A stretch of DNA of 64,000 nt from Ignavibacteria bacterium (lineage in GTDB: Bacteria > Bacteroidota > Ignavibacteria > Tepidaquicellales > Tepidaquicellaceae): the NCBI GenBank assembly GCA_035443185.1, contig DAORRV010000001.1, forward strand, positions 42,191 through 106,190, written 5' to 3'. The notes under the pieces were generated by a model. That model worked only from the letters and a program-made list of their open reading frames with translations, did not search any database and had not been told where the DNA came from. The stretch's first letter is position 1. Every line of letters starts with the position of its first letter. The translations under genes were made by a program, and so were the position numbers. Below, piece after piece: positions 25,819 through 34,648 of the stretch.

Positions 25819-27162
25819 ATGAGAAAATATATCATAGTAAAAATAATAATTTTATTAACAATATCAGCTTTGGTCCAGGTAAGAGGTATAAGCCAGACTT
25901 CACAAAGTAATGATGTAGTTTTATCAAATGAAATGAAAATGAATACAGTAAATAAAGTATCCCAAATGCTGAATGATAATTATATCTTTCAGGATAAAGC
26001 AAGCGAAATGGGGACATTGATTGTAAATAATTTTGAAAGCGGAAAGTATTCAGATCTGAACGACCCGGCGAAATTTGCTCTTCAGCTCACAGAAGATCTG
26101 CAATCTGTCAGCAAAGATAAGCATATCAGAGTCAGATTCAGTCCTGATCAGATAAAAATGATGAAGCAGTCAGAGGGTCAGGATGAAAATTCTGATCAGA
26201 CATATCTGGAAGAAATGAAATTTGATAATTTCGGATTCAGGAAAGTAGAAAGGATCAGCGGGAATATCGGATATATTGATTTCAGACAATTTGGATCAGG
26301 AGATCAAATTAAAGATAAGGTAGCTTCAGTTATGGCATTTGTTGAGAACTGTGATGCACTGATTTTTGATATGAGAAATAATGGTGGCGGAGATCCGACA
26401 GGGATACAGGTGATCACGAGTTATTTATTCGGTGAGGAACCAGTTCATCTAAATGATCTGTATTACAGACCAAAAGACACGACTGAAGAATTCTGGACAT
26501 TAAAAAATATTGAAGGAAAAAGAAAGCCTGAAGTTCCGGTCTATGTACTAACGAGCAGTTACACCTTTTCAGGTGCGGAAGAATTTTCTTACAATCTACA
26601 AAATCTTAAAAGAGCAACTATAGTAGGTGAAACTACCGGCGGCGGAGCGCATCCTGGAGGTATGAATATTATTGATGATAATTTTGCTATTTTCATTCCT
26701 ACCGGAAGGGCGATCAATCCAATTACAAAAACCAACTGGGAAGGAACAGGTGTAAAACCTGACGTAGAGATCAACAGCATTAATGCTCTGACAAAGGCAC
26801 ATATACTTGCTTTAGAAAAAATATCAGCGGATTTGACTGATGAAAATATGAAGAGGAAATACACCTGGATGGTAGAGTCTCTGACAACGACTTTGAATGA
26901 TGTGGAAATTGATGCTGCTCTTTTGAAAAAATACGAAGGCGAATACGGTGATAGAAAAATATATCTTGAAAACGGCAAATTGTTTTATCAAAGAAGCGGA
27001 CGTCAGAAATTTGAATTAACACCAATGTCTGAGAATACTTTTATGCTGAGTGAAATTGATTATTTCAGAGTGAGATTTGAAAGTGACGGTAATGGAAATA
27101 TTACTTCAGTCACCGGATTATACGACGACGGGAATACGGATTCATCTCCGAAAAGCAACTGA
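25819..27162 (+). CDS. S41 family peptidase (tail-specific/IRBP-like), secreted
   Basis: Signal peptide. 'DMRNNGGGDP' and 'TSSYTFSGAEEF' match S41 active-site region motifs. Confidence 0.7.
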   Translation: MRKYIIVKIIILLTISALVQVRGISQTSQSNDVVLSNEMKMNTVNKVSQMLNDNYIFQDKASEMGTLIVNNFESGKYSDLNDPAKFALQLTEDLQSVSKDKHIRVRFSPDQIKMMKQSEGQDENSDQTYLEEMKFDNFGFRKVERISGNIGYIDFRQFGSGDQIKDKVASVMAFVENCDALIFDMRNNGGGDPTGIQVITSYLFGEEPVHLNDLYYRPKDTTEEFWTLKNIEGKRKPEVPVYVLTSSYTFSGAEEFSYNLQNLKRATIVGETTGGGAHPGGMNIIDDNFAIFIPTGRAINPITKTNWEGTGVKPDVEINSINALTKAHILALEKISADLTDENMKRKYTWMVESLTTTLNDVEIDAALLKKYEGEYGDRKIYLENGKLFYQRSGRQKFELTPMSENTFMLSEIDYFRVRFESDGNGNITSVTGLYDDGNTDSSPKSN

Positions 27163-27798
27163 TCATTTTAAATAAATTCTCAGGGAGTCTTTCAGGCTGT
27201 CTGGAATGTATTGATTTTCAAGTATCAGATTTAGTTTATACTGATCTTCACCTTTTGATTTTTTACAAAATACTATATCAGCAATTGACAAATTAATATC
27301 AGACTTATGAATAAGAATAATTTCATCTCCGGTGTTGAGATAACCTTCTTCTACGACTCGGAAGTAAGTACCGAAAAATCCAAGATCATAAAATCTGTTA
27401 AGAATGTGATCCTCTCCGAATCTTATATTCAGTTTAAAACAGGGAAATCTTGGCTGAACAGCCCTGAGTTTTACAGAGCCAATCTGATAAACATTTCCAA
27501 TAAGGACTGAATCATCTGTAAGACCTGAAGTAGTTAAGTTTTCACCGAATAGACCATACTCCCAGGATTCCCTGTCCATTTCTTTTTTCCATGTTTCATA
27601 ATAAGAATGGTCATAAGAATAAACAGCTTTATCTAACCCACCATGATTTTTAAGATCGGATTGTATGTCACCGTTTATATTAAGGAAAGTTGTTTCGAAT
27701 TTTCCTTCTGCAGGAGATTTAAAAATACTTGTTGTTATCTCTTTTCCTTCCCACATGAATTTCTGCGGACCGCCTGTATTTACAGATAAGATTTTCAT
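27163..27798 (-). CDS. MOSC domain protein (YiiM-like)
   Basis: 'HGGLDKAVYSY', 'GENLTTSGL' and 'QPRFPCFKL' follow the MOSC beta-barrel pattern with its conserved Cys. Confidence 0.75.
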   Translation of the reverse strand: MKILSVNTGGPQKFMWEGKEITTSIFKSPAEGKFETTFLNINGDIQSDLKNHGGLDKAVYSYDHSYYETWKKEMDRESWEYGLFGENLTTSGLTDDSVLIGNVYQIGSVKLRAVQPRFPCFKLNIRFGEDHILNRFYDLGFFGTYFRVVEEGYLNTGDEIILIHKSDINLSIADIVFCKKSKGEDQYKLNLILENQYIPDSLKDSLRIYLK

Positions 27799-27947
27799 TT
27801 TTTTTATAAAAATTTAATTTAGAAATCTGATTCCGGAATAACTCTCTTTAAAAGGTTATAATTTAACATACGACAAAATACTTTTCAATTATAAATTCAA
27901 TCTTGAATTTACCGTTCATTAATTTTAATTTACAAAAATCAATTAAA

Positions 27948-28367
27948 ATGAATTCAACAGATCTGTTAAATTCCTCAAAAGCTCCTGAGCCGGTCGGTCT
28001 TTATCCACATGCCAGACGGTTTGGAGATCTGCTGTTTCTTTCAGGAGTCGGACCAAGGGAAAGAGGCACTAAGAAAATCCCCGGCGTCGAACTCGACAAC
28101 AGCGGTAATATTATTTCATATGATATCGAAACCCAATGCCGATCAGTATTTCAAAATGTAAAGTATATTCTTGAAGATGCAGGCTCTGACTGGAGTAAAC
28201 TAATTGATGTTACAGTATTTCTTACAAATATGAAAGATGACTTCGCAACCTATAACAGAATTTATGCAGAATATTTTAAGGATAATCAGCCGTGCAGAAC
28301 TACAGTAGAAATTAATTCACTTCCTACACCAATAGCTATAGAACTTAAATGTATAGCATATATTTAA
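27948..28367 (+). CDS. RidA/YjgF family enamine/imine deaminase
   Basis: 'APEPVGLYPHARRFGDLLFLSGVG', 'DVTVFLTNMKDDFATYNRIYAEYF', 'PCRTTVEINSLP'. The ATG at 27948 is preferred; the track start at 27903 is a TTG. Confidence 0.85.
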   Translation: MNSTDLLNSSKAPEPVGLYPHARRFGDLLFLSGVGPRERGTKKIPGVELDNSGNIISYDIETQCRSVFQNVKYILEDAGSDWSKLIDVTVFLTNMKDDFATYNRIYAEYFKDNQPCRTTVEINSLPTPIAIELKCIAYI

Positions 28368-28409
28368 TTAAAAGTTATAAATTAAAATCTAAGAATTAAG
28401 AATTTTAAT

Positions 28410-28733
28410 ATGGGGATCATAGTGATAGCATGTTTTAAACCAAAAGAAGGAAAAGAAAAAGAACTCCTCGAAGTATTAAAAGATCACATGCCGGTATTGA
28501 GAAAAGAAGGACTTATTACAGACAAAGAATGTATAGTAATGAAATCAGAAAATGGTTCGATACTTGAAGTTTTTGAATGGAAGTCACAGGATGCAATAAA
28601 TCATGCTCATGAAAATTCGAATGTACTGGATCTTTGGAAAAGATTTGAAGATGCCTGTACATATGAAACGTTATCAACTTTGGATGAATCAGCTAAGATG
28701 TTTCCGGGGTTTGATCCGGTTAAATTTAATTAA
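28410..28733 (+). CDS. Small ABM/Dabb-like (ferredoxin-fold) protein, function unknown
   Basis: 107 aa. The pattern 'F..K.GKE.E....L......V..E.G.....' and its size fit antibiotic-biosynthesis-monooxygenase-like proteins. Weak. Confidence 0.4.
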   Translation: MGIIVIACFKPKEGKEKELLEVLKDHMPVLRKEGLITDKECIVMKSENGSILEVFEWKSQDAINHAHENSNVLDLWKRFEDACTYETLSTLDESAKMFPGFDPVKFN

Positions 28734-28793
28734 TTTTTAAAAAAATTAAAAATATCTCAATTCACATAATTTATAAAACAAAAAAAAATAACT

Positions 28794-29321
28794 ATGCTTG
28801 AAGCGGTACAAAAAAAATGGTGGGTATTACTTATTAGAGGAATACTTCTATTGATCTTCGGAATACTGGCATTGGCTACTCCTGGAATGATACTGGCAAC
28901 AATGTTATTCTATTTCGGATTCATTGCAATATTCAGCGGGATCTTTGTAATAATTGAAGGTTTTATGTCTTCTGAAGATAAAGGTACAATAATTTTAGAA
29001 GGAATATTTTATATCCTGTTTGGTCTGCTGTTTTTAATAATGCCGGGATTTGTAATCTCATTTACACTTTACTTTATTGCATTCTGGGCACTCATAGCCG
29101 GAATATTTATGATCGTCAAAGCAATCAAATTAAGAAAAGTTATTCAAAACGAATGGCTGATTATTTTTAACGGAATAATCACAGTTATATTAGGTATCCT
29201 GATTTTTGCTAATGTCTTTGCAGGTGCAGAGATTCTCGTGATGGTATTCGGATTTTATGCAATACTATCTGGAATAATGATGATGATGATCTCATTTAAA
29301 GTAAAAGGTCTGAAGAAGTAA
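28794..29321 (+). CDS. HdeD/DUF308-like membrane protein
   Basis: Six hydrophobic helices. The N-terminal 'WWVLLIRGILLLIFGILALATP' signature is typical of HdeD-family proteins. Confidence 0.6.
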   Translation: MLEAVQKKWWVLLIRGILLLIFGILALATPGMILATMLFYFGFIAIFSGIFVIIEGFMSSEDKGTIILEGIFYILFGLLFLIMPGFVISFTLYFIAFWALIAGIFMIVKAIKLRKVIQNEWLIIFNGIITVILGILIFANVFAGAEILVMVFGFYAILSGIMMMMISFKVKGLKK

Positions 29322-29344
29322 AGTTTATTTAAATTTTTAAGTTC

Positions 29345-29497
29345 AAACCCCGCAATTCACAGCTTGTTCGAAAACAAAATTTATAAAATTACCTCAAAGC
29401 CTCTAAGGCTTTAAGGAATTAATTATTAATTAAAAAAACTTTGAGTCTTGGAGGTAAATCCAAAGTTTTCGGACAGTCTGTTGACTGCGGGGTTTTT
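29345..29497. repeat. Long imperfect inverted repeat / extended hairpin (about 150 nt), ending in a T-run
   Basis: 29345-29354 'aaaccccgca' pairs with 29486-29495 'tgcggggttt'. Pairing continues (with mismatches) through 29356-29375 / 29465-29484 and 29389-29395 / 29451-29457. Followed by 'tttttatttt'. Confidence 0.55.
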
Positions 29498-29700
29498 ATT
29501 TTGAAAAAAATTATTATTACGTGAAACCTTATGAAGATATAAAAGTCATAACTATTAGAAATTAAAATTAACAATACTTTAATGAATGAGGTCATTATTA
29601 TTTCGGTAACTTTTGTGATTGTTTTCATCTTGTCATTGTTAAAATCAAAATTTTAAAACCTAAACAAATTCGCTAAATCAGCGGAAAGGAGTTATAAAAA

Positions 29701-30084
29701 ATGAACAATGCATTAGAAGCATTTATACCGGTAGTTGCAATAGTTTTTACATTCGGAATCCCAGGGGTTTTACTGTTCTGGTGGATCTACACAAAGCATA
29801 GAGAGAAAATGAGACTCATTGAAAAAGGTCTGTCACCTGAGGAAGTGAAAGCTTATTTCGCAGATAATACCAAGCCAAAAAATCCATATGCATCTCTTAA
29901 GTTCGGACTTGTACTTTTATTCTTGGGCTTCGGTATTTTTCTTGCAAACGTAGCCGAAAGTATTTACGATGTAGAAGAAGGTGTAATGATGGGAATAATA
30001 GTTACATTTATTGGATTGGGATTCCTTATTTATTTTCTTGTGGTCAATTCTAAAAACAAAAATGAAACTACTTTAAATCAATGA
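29701..30084 (+). CDS. Small two/three-TM membrane protein
   Basis: 127 aa. Hydrophobic N-terminal helix followed by 'HREKMRLIEKGLSPEEV' and two further helices. Upstream of the DUF4097-like gene and the ECF sigma module. Confidence 0.5.
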   Translation: MNNALEAFIPVVAIVFTFGIPGVLLFWWIYTKHREKMRLIEKGLSPEEVKAYFADNTKPKNPYASLKFGLVLLFLGFGIFLANVAESIYDVEEGVMMGIIVTFIGLGFLIYFLVVNSKNKNETTLNQ

Positions 30085-30109
30085 TTTATAAATCTGAATT
30101 TTAAAAATT

Positions 30110-30910
30110 ATGAAAACTTCAATTATAGTAATAGCAGTAATCTTCGGATTTTTATTCAACAGCTGCGGATTACTTTCTAAAAAATATACAAAATCTGCAA
30201 AAGAAATACATGCAGTATTGTCTGAAGGTAAAACAAAACTTGTATTGAATAATATTAACGGAAATGTAAATATTAAGCAGTCGGATGATTCAGGGTTTGT
30301 GAAGATAAAAGCTGAAAAAGAAATTAAAGTTAAGAAAAAACATTTAGATACTCCGTTTGATGAAATCACTATAGAAATTGATACCATTGGAAGTGTAATT
30401 AATATAGAAACAGTAATTGGAAAAAGAGGTGAAGATGATGGTTTCAATTTGAACTTTGACAGAAGACAAAAAGTGGATTATGAAATATTCGTACCCGCAG
30501 GTATTTCTATAATAATTGAAAATGTAAACGGAACTGTGACCGCTGAAAAAATTTCAAATGATTTAGTGATCCATCAGATTAACGGTGATGTTGAAATTGA
30601 TAAATATTCAGGCCAACTGGAATGCGAAATCACAAATGGTTCTCTTTCAGGAAAGATCGATTCCACAAAAGGGATGAACATTAATATAATTAACGGAAAA
30701 GTGTCTCTTGGATTAAGTAATTATATGAATGCAAAAGTGAATGCAGAATCACTTAACAGCAAGGTTACAACGGAGAACCTTTCTTTCACTGTAATGGATC
30801 AGGAAAATAAATCATTTAAAGGTAGTCTGGGATCCGGAGAAGAGAAATCAATTATCTCAATTGAGACTGTAAATGGTAAGATATTTTTATTTGGTGAACA
30901 GGACATATAA
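30110..30910 (+). CDS. DUF4097-like beta-helical repeat lipoprotein (putative adhesin-type fold)
   Basis: Lipobox 'FNSC'. Repeated 'N(I/V)NG.V...' strands (NINGNVNI, NVNGTVTA, INGDVEI, ITNGSLSG, INGKVSL, TVNGKIFL). Confidence 0.6.
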   Translation: MKTSIIVIAVIFGFLFNSCGLLSKKYTKSAKEIHAVLSEGKTKLVLNNINGNVNIKQSDDSGFVKIKAEKEIKVKKKHLDTPFDEITIEIDTIGSVINIETVIGKRGEDDGFNLNFDRRQKVDYEIFVPAGISIIIENVNGTVTAEKISNDLVIHQINGDVEIDKYSGQLECEITNGSLSGKIDSTKGMNINIINGKVSLGLSNYMNAKVNAESLNSKVTTENLSFTVMDQENKSFKGSLGSGEEKSIISIETVNGKIFLFGEQDI

Positions 30911-30976
30911 GAAAGATTTGATTTTGAAAATTGATTTATGCAATTTATTTAAAAATATCTGTAAGTAATAAAAACA

Positions 30977-31624
30977 ATGAAGCTCTCAGATTCTGAAATA
31001 ATATATAATATTAAAAAAGGGGATACATCATCCTTCAGGATCATTGCCGAAGAGCTAAAGGACAAAGCATTTTCACTGACCATGAAGATCCTTAGAAATA
31101 AAGAAGAAGCTGAAGATTGTCTGCAGGAATCATTTATGAAATTATTTAAATCGATAACCGGCAGTAAGTTTGAAGAAAGATCAAAGCTCTCGACATATTT
31201 CTATACTATAGTCTATAATACTGCTGTTGATAATTATAAAAAGTTAAAGTCACGCAGATTCAGTATTTTATCAATTGATGTTGAAGGTTCTAGTTTTGAG
31301 GAAGGTGATGACCTTGTGAAAAATTATTATGATACAAAGATCAACAAAAGTGAGTTTGATGATAAATATGATCTCAGTACTGAAAGTAAAATTTCTGAAA
31401 CTGAGATCAAAAAAATTATAAATGATTATATAAATTCAATACCCGAGCAATACTCTGTAATTCTTACGATGTTTTATATAAACGATCTTTCACATGATGA
31501 AATAGCAGGTATTCTAAAGCTCCCGCTGGGAACAGTTAAGAACAGAATATTCCGAGCTAAAAATAAACTCAAAGAAATAATATTAAAAAAGTATTCTGAA
31601 GAAGAGATTCTTCAGTATGTTTAA
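30977..31624 (+). CDS. ECF-type RNA polymerase sigma-70 family factor
   Basis: Region 2 ('EDCLQESFMKLFK', 'YFYTIVYNTAVDNYKK') and region 4 HTH ('LSHDEIAGILKLPLGTVKNRIFRAKNKLKE'). Confidence 0.85.
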   Translation: MKLSDSEIIYNIKKGDTSSFRIIAEELKDKAFSLTMKILRNKEEAEDCLQESFMKLFKSITGSKFEERSKLSTYFYTIVYNTAVDNYKKLKSRRFSILSIDVEGSSFEEGDDLVKNYYDTKINKSEFDDKYDLSTESKISETEIKKIINDYINSIPEQYSVILTMFYINDLSHDEIAGILKLPLGTVKNRIFRAKNKLKEIILKKYSEEEILQYV

Positions 31625-31635
31625 ATTCGAAAAAT

Positions 31636-32130
31636 ATGAAAAAATTTAGTTTTATTCTAAATAATTTTTACAGTATCTTTAACCCAATGCCTCAAGGTAA
31701 TAATAAAAATATAGACTCTTATCTGGACGACAGTATTCGTCATTCCTTAAGATCTGAAACTTCTGAAGATTTCATGTATGAAATGATGAAGAGGGTAGAG
31801 ATCGAAAAAGAATTTGCCAGAGAAGACAGGAAAACTGACAAGACAGTAAAGTTTGTAATTGGCGGATTAGTAGCTGTGATGATATTGATCGCATTCGGAC
31901 TTCCGTTCTTTTTTGGTACTTCCGATGCTGATAGCAGTTATGGATATTACAATATAATGATAGATCAGATAGCAGGTTCTATAGAATACTTCAGTATATT
32001 CATGACTGATAATTTAGGCATAGCAGTTAATTCCAAGACAGTGCTGGTACTTCTGATATCAGGTTTATGCATATTTCTTTTTTCAAAAGCAGACAAACTT
32101 TTTCTCAAAAAAAGCCTGAACCAAAATTGA
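31636..32130 (+). CDS. Putative membrane anti-sigma factor (assigned by position only)
   Basis: Starts 11 nt after the sigma gene. Has a cytoplasmic N-terminus followed by TM helices. No diagnostic motif recognised. Confidence 0.4.
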   Translation: MKKFSFILNNFYSIFNPMPQGNNKNIDSYLDDSIRHSLRSETSEDFMYEMMKRVEIEKEFAREDRKTDKTVKFVIGGLVAVMILIAFGLPFFFGTSDADSSYGYYNIMIDQIAGSIEYFSIFMTDNLGIAVNSKTVLVLLISGLCIFLFSKADKLFLKKSLNQN

Positions 32131-32245
32131 ATAATAAATTTTAAATATTTAATATATATTATTTCAATTTGAATCTTAAAATCAACATTCAATTATTAAC
32201 TGCAAACTACTAACCATTTAAAATTTAATATTTAAAATTTAATAT

Positions 32246-32998
32246 TTAATATTGAATAAACCCTTTATTAATGCTGTTGATCTTTCTTGAAGTTCTTTTG
32301 AATACACCAATTCCTTCCCTGCTGCCTCCGTCATTTGTGTTACCTTCGATCGTAGTAAGATAGCCTCCGTTCACAGATTCGACTATTCCCGTATGACCTA
32401 ATCCACCGCCATAAGACATTATGAAAACCTGACCAGGTTTTACGAGTGAGGGATTTGCAAATGCAGCACTTGAAGTTATTTTTTTTCCTTTAGTATTAGT
32501 CCAGTGACTTAATACCCCGGCGGTTTTGTAAGCAGGATTACTTTTACCTGAATTTTTATAAGCTTCATTATAGCACCAATATGTAAATGCAGCACACCAT
32601 GCATAACCCGGACCTAAGCCGACACTCTTTAGATATGCATCTACTTCCGGTCCGCTGTTACTTCCTCTTGGTTTTTCTATAACTCCGATCTGACCTTTTG
32701 CAATAGACAGAACTTTTTTGGTAAAGTCTGACAACGGACCCGGCTCAGGTCCGATAGCTTTAAGTTTAAAAAGAGTGATCCATGAAAGAGGACCAATCTT
32801 TCCGTCTATTATCAATGGTCTTCCTTCCTGATCGGTAAATCTACTTTGAAAAAGCTTAACGGCATTAAAAGTTTTCGGACCAAAATCTCCATCCACGTCA
32901 ATAGGACCGCAGCCGTTTTCATTAAGTTTTTTCTGTACCTCTTTTACAATTTTTTTATCTTTCTCTCCTTTGACGACCACTCTTTTTGGATAATCCAT
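32246..32998 (-). CDS. Peptidoglycan-binding domain + CHAP domain peptidoglycan hydrolase (no signal peptide)
   Basis: The PG_binding_1-like motif 'VKEVQKKLNENGCGPIDVDGDFGPKTFNAVKLFQ'. The CHAP catalytic Cys context 'YAWCAAFTYWCY' and His context 'GHTGIVESV...TIEGNT'. Confidence 0.75.
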   Translation of the reverse strand: MDYPKRVVVKGEKDKKIVKEVQKKLNENGCGPIDVDGDFGPKTFNAVKLFQSRFTDQEGRPLIIDGKIGPLSWITLFKLKAIGPEPGPLSDFTKKVLSIAKGQIGVIEKPRGSNSGPEVDAYLKSVGLGPGYAWCAAFTYWCYNEAYKNSGKSNPAYKTAGVLSHWTNTKGKKITSSAAFANPSLVKPGQVFIMSYGGGLGHTGIVESVNGGYLTTIEGNTNDGGSREGIGVFKRTSRKINSINKGFIQY

Positions 32999-33163
32999 AA
33001 TTATTTATTTAGTTTTAAAAAATATTAAATCAAAATATATATTCTGTATAGAAATTTCAATAAGCGGACATACTTAATTTTCCATTATAAACGAATGATG
33101 TACAATGTGTAATTTTCAAAATAAAAGTGATTAGTAATTTAGACTTTGAATTAGTTCTAAATA

Positions 33164-34609
33164 ATGACAAATTACAAACAAATTTTTTATATCAGACTAC
33201 AAAAAACAAATATCAGCAGAATCTTTTTCCTGATGATTATTATTACCTGTATTTCTATTACAGGTATTAAAGCTCAGAGTGATTCAGCTTTAAAAAGCGC
33301 AGATAAAATTTCTTATGATCTGTTCAATAAAGCTGAATGGAATAGTCTTATTTCTTTTTCAGAAAATGCTCTAAAGAAAAATATTGATTTCATTTTTTTA
33401 AGAGTGAGACTTGGGATTGCCTATTATGAAACCGGTAAATATTTTGATGCTGTAAAAAATCTTCAAGAAGCATTTGACAAGGGTTATGAGACTCCTCTGC
33501 TTATCGAATATCTTTATTTTTCATATTTGGAAGCAGGCAGAAAAGAAGACGCAGATTATTATTTCTATAAGCTTCCTGAAAATAAAAGAAAGAGATTGAA
33601 ACCTCAGGACAATTCTTTCATGTATGAAATTCATGTGGATGCCGGATACGGACTTAGTAATGATGAGAATAAAAATGAAAATATAGATCTGGACGGATCA
33701 TTTAATGCCTATGGTGAACAGACACTTTTCGGTAATTATTTTTATCTGAATGCCGGATTTAAACAATTACCTCTGAGATGGCTTAATGTTATTTATAGTT
33801 ATAATTATCTCAGCCTGAAAAAAACAAAACAGATAATGTATAACAATGTTAAAACATCAGATCCATATACTCAGCAGCAGCAGCAATTTTATATAAAGTA
33901 TGATATTAGAGCGGGTGATGGATTTGTGATCAGTCCGTCAGGACATTATATCTACACAAGTGATAATACGATATATTCAAAATTTGACAGCGTGAATTAT
34001 TCCTATAATATGCAGACAATGACATATGATTCACTTAATTATTTTTATACAATAAATAATAAACCAGCAATTCAGGATAATTTTGTGTTGTCACTTTCTC
34101 TTTCAAAACAAATGTACATTTTCAAAGCAGCTCTGCATGGCAGTTTCTCATATCTGAATGGTAATCATCAAAGTCAGATCGGTGCAAACTTCAAAGCTTA
34201 TCCTAAAAAGAAAAATACTCTTTATACCTTTACTGATCTGACTTTGCAAAATCAGAATGATGTTACTAATTTAATAGTTTATCAGTCACTTGGCGGAAAA
34301 CTTCATAAGAACCTCTGGGGTGAAGCATTTGTAACTATCGGGAAAATGAATAACTACAACGAGCAGAACGGTGCTGTAGTTTATAATAATCCCGATGTGA
34401 TCAATTTGAAATTCGGTGGTGAAATGAAATATTATTTTAATGAAAATCTTTCTGCATCATTGATCTATGTAAATGAGCAGAGAGAAAAAAATTATCTGAC
34501 ATATACTTTAACCAAAAATGGAAACAATAGTCCTATTGCAAATCCTGAATATTTAAGTCTGGATTATTCAGTTAACACAATTCTCGCAGGACTGAAGTTG
34601 TATTTTTAA
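33164..34609 (+). CDS. Secreted protein with N-terminal TPR-like region and probable outer-membrane beta-barrel
   Basis: Signal peptide. The TPR-like 'GIAYYETGKYFDAVKNLQEAFDKGYE'. Y/N-rich strand-like C-terminal two-thirds ending '...LAGLKLYF'. Confidence 0.45.
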   Translation: MTNYKQIFYIRLQKTNISRIFFLMIIITCISITGIKAQSDSALKSADKISYDLFNKAEWNSLISFSENALKKNIDFIFLRVRLGIAYYETGKYFDAVKNLQEAFDKGYETPLLIEYLYFSYLEAGRKEDADYYFYKLPENKRKRLKPQDNSFMYEIHVDAGYGLSNDENKNENIDLDGSFNAYGEQTLFGNYFYLNAGFKQLPLRWLNVIYSYNYLSLKKTKQIMYNNVKTSDPYTQQQQQFYIKYDIRAGDGFVISPSGHYIYTSDNTIYSKFDSVNYSYNMQTMTYDSLNYFYTINNKPAIQDNFVLSLSLSKQMYIFKAALHGSFSYLNGNHQSQIGANFKAYPKKKNTLYTFTDLTLQNQNDVTNLIVYQSLGGKLHKNLWGEAFVTIGKMNNYNEQNGAVVYNNPDVINLKFGGEMKYYFNENLSASLIYVNEQREKNYLTYTLTKNGNNSPIANPEYLSLDYSVNTILAGLKLYF

Positions 34610-34648
34610 AAATTGAATTTTAGAAAGTTAATTTACTTTCAGCTCATT

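Noticed and set aside
29419-29628. 69-aa minus-strand ORF in the hdeD-like downstream spacer
   Set aside because: It overlaps the long inverted repeat, has an Ile/Phe/Lys-rich AT-driven composition, and has no motif.
32217-32246. AT-only 14-bp tandem repeat 'aaaatttaatattt' x2 near the CHAP gene stop
   Set aside because: It is low-complexity AT sequence. Such short tandem duplications are common in AT-rich spacers, and there is no further structure.
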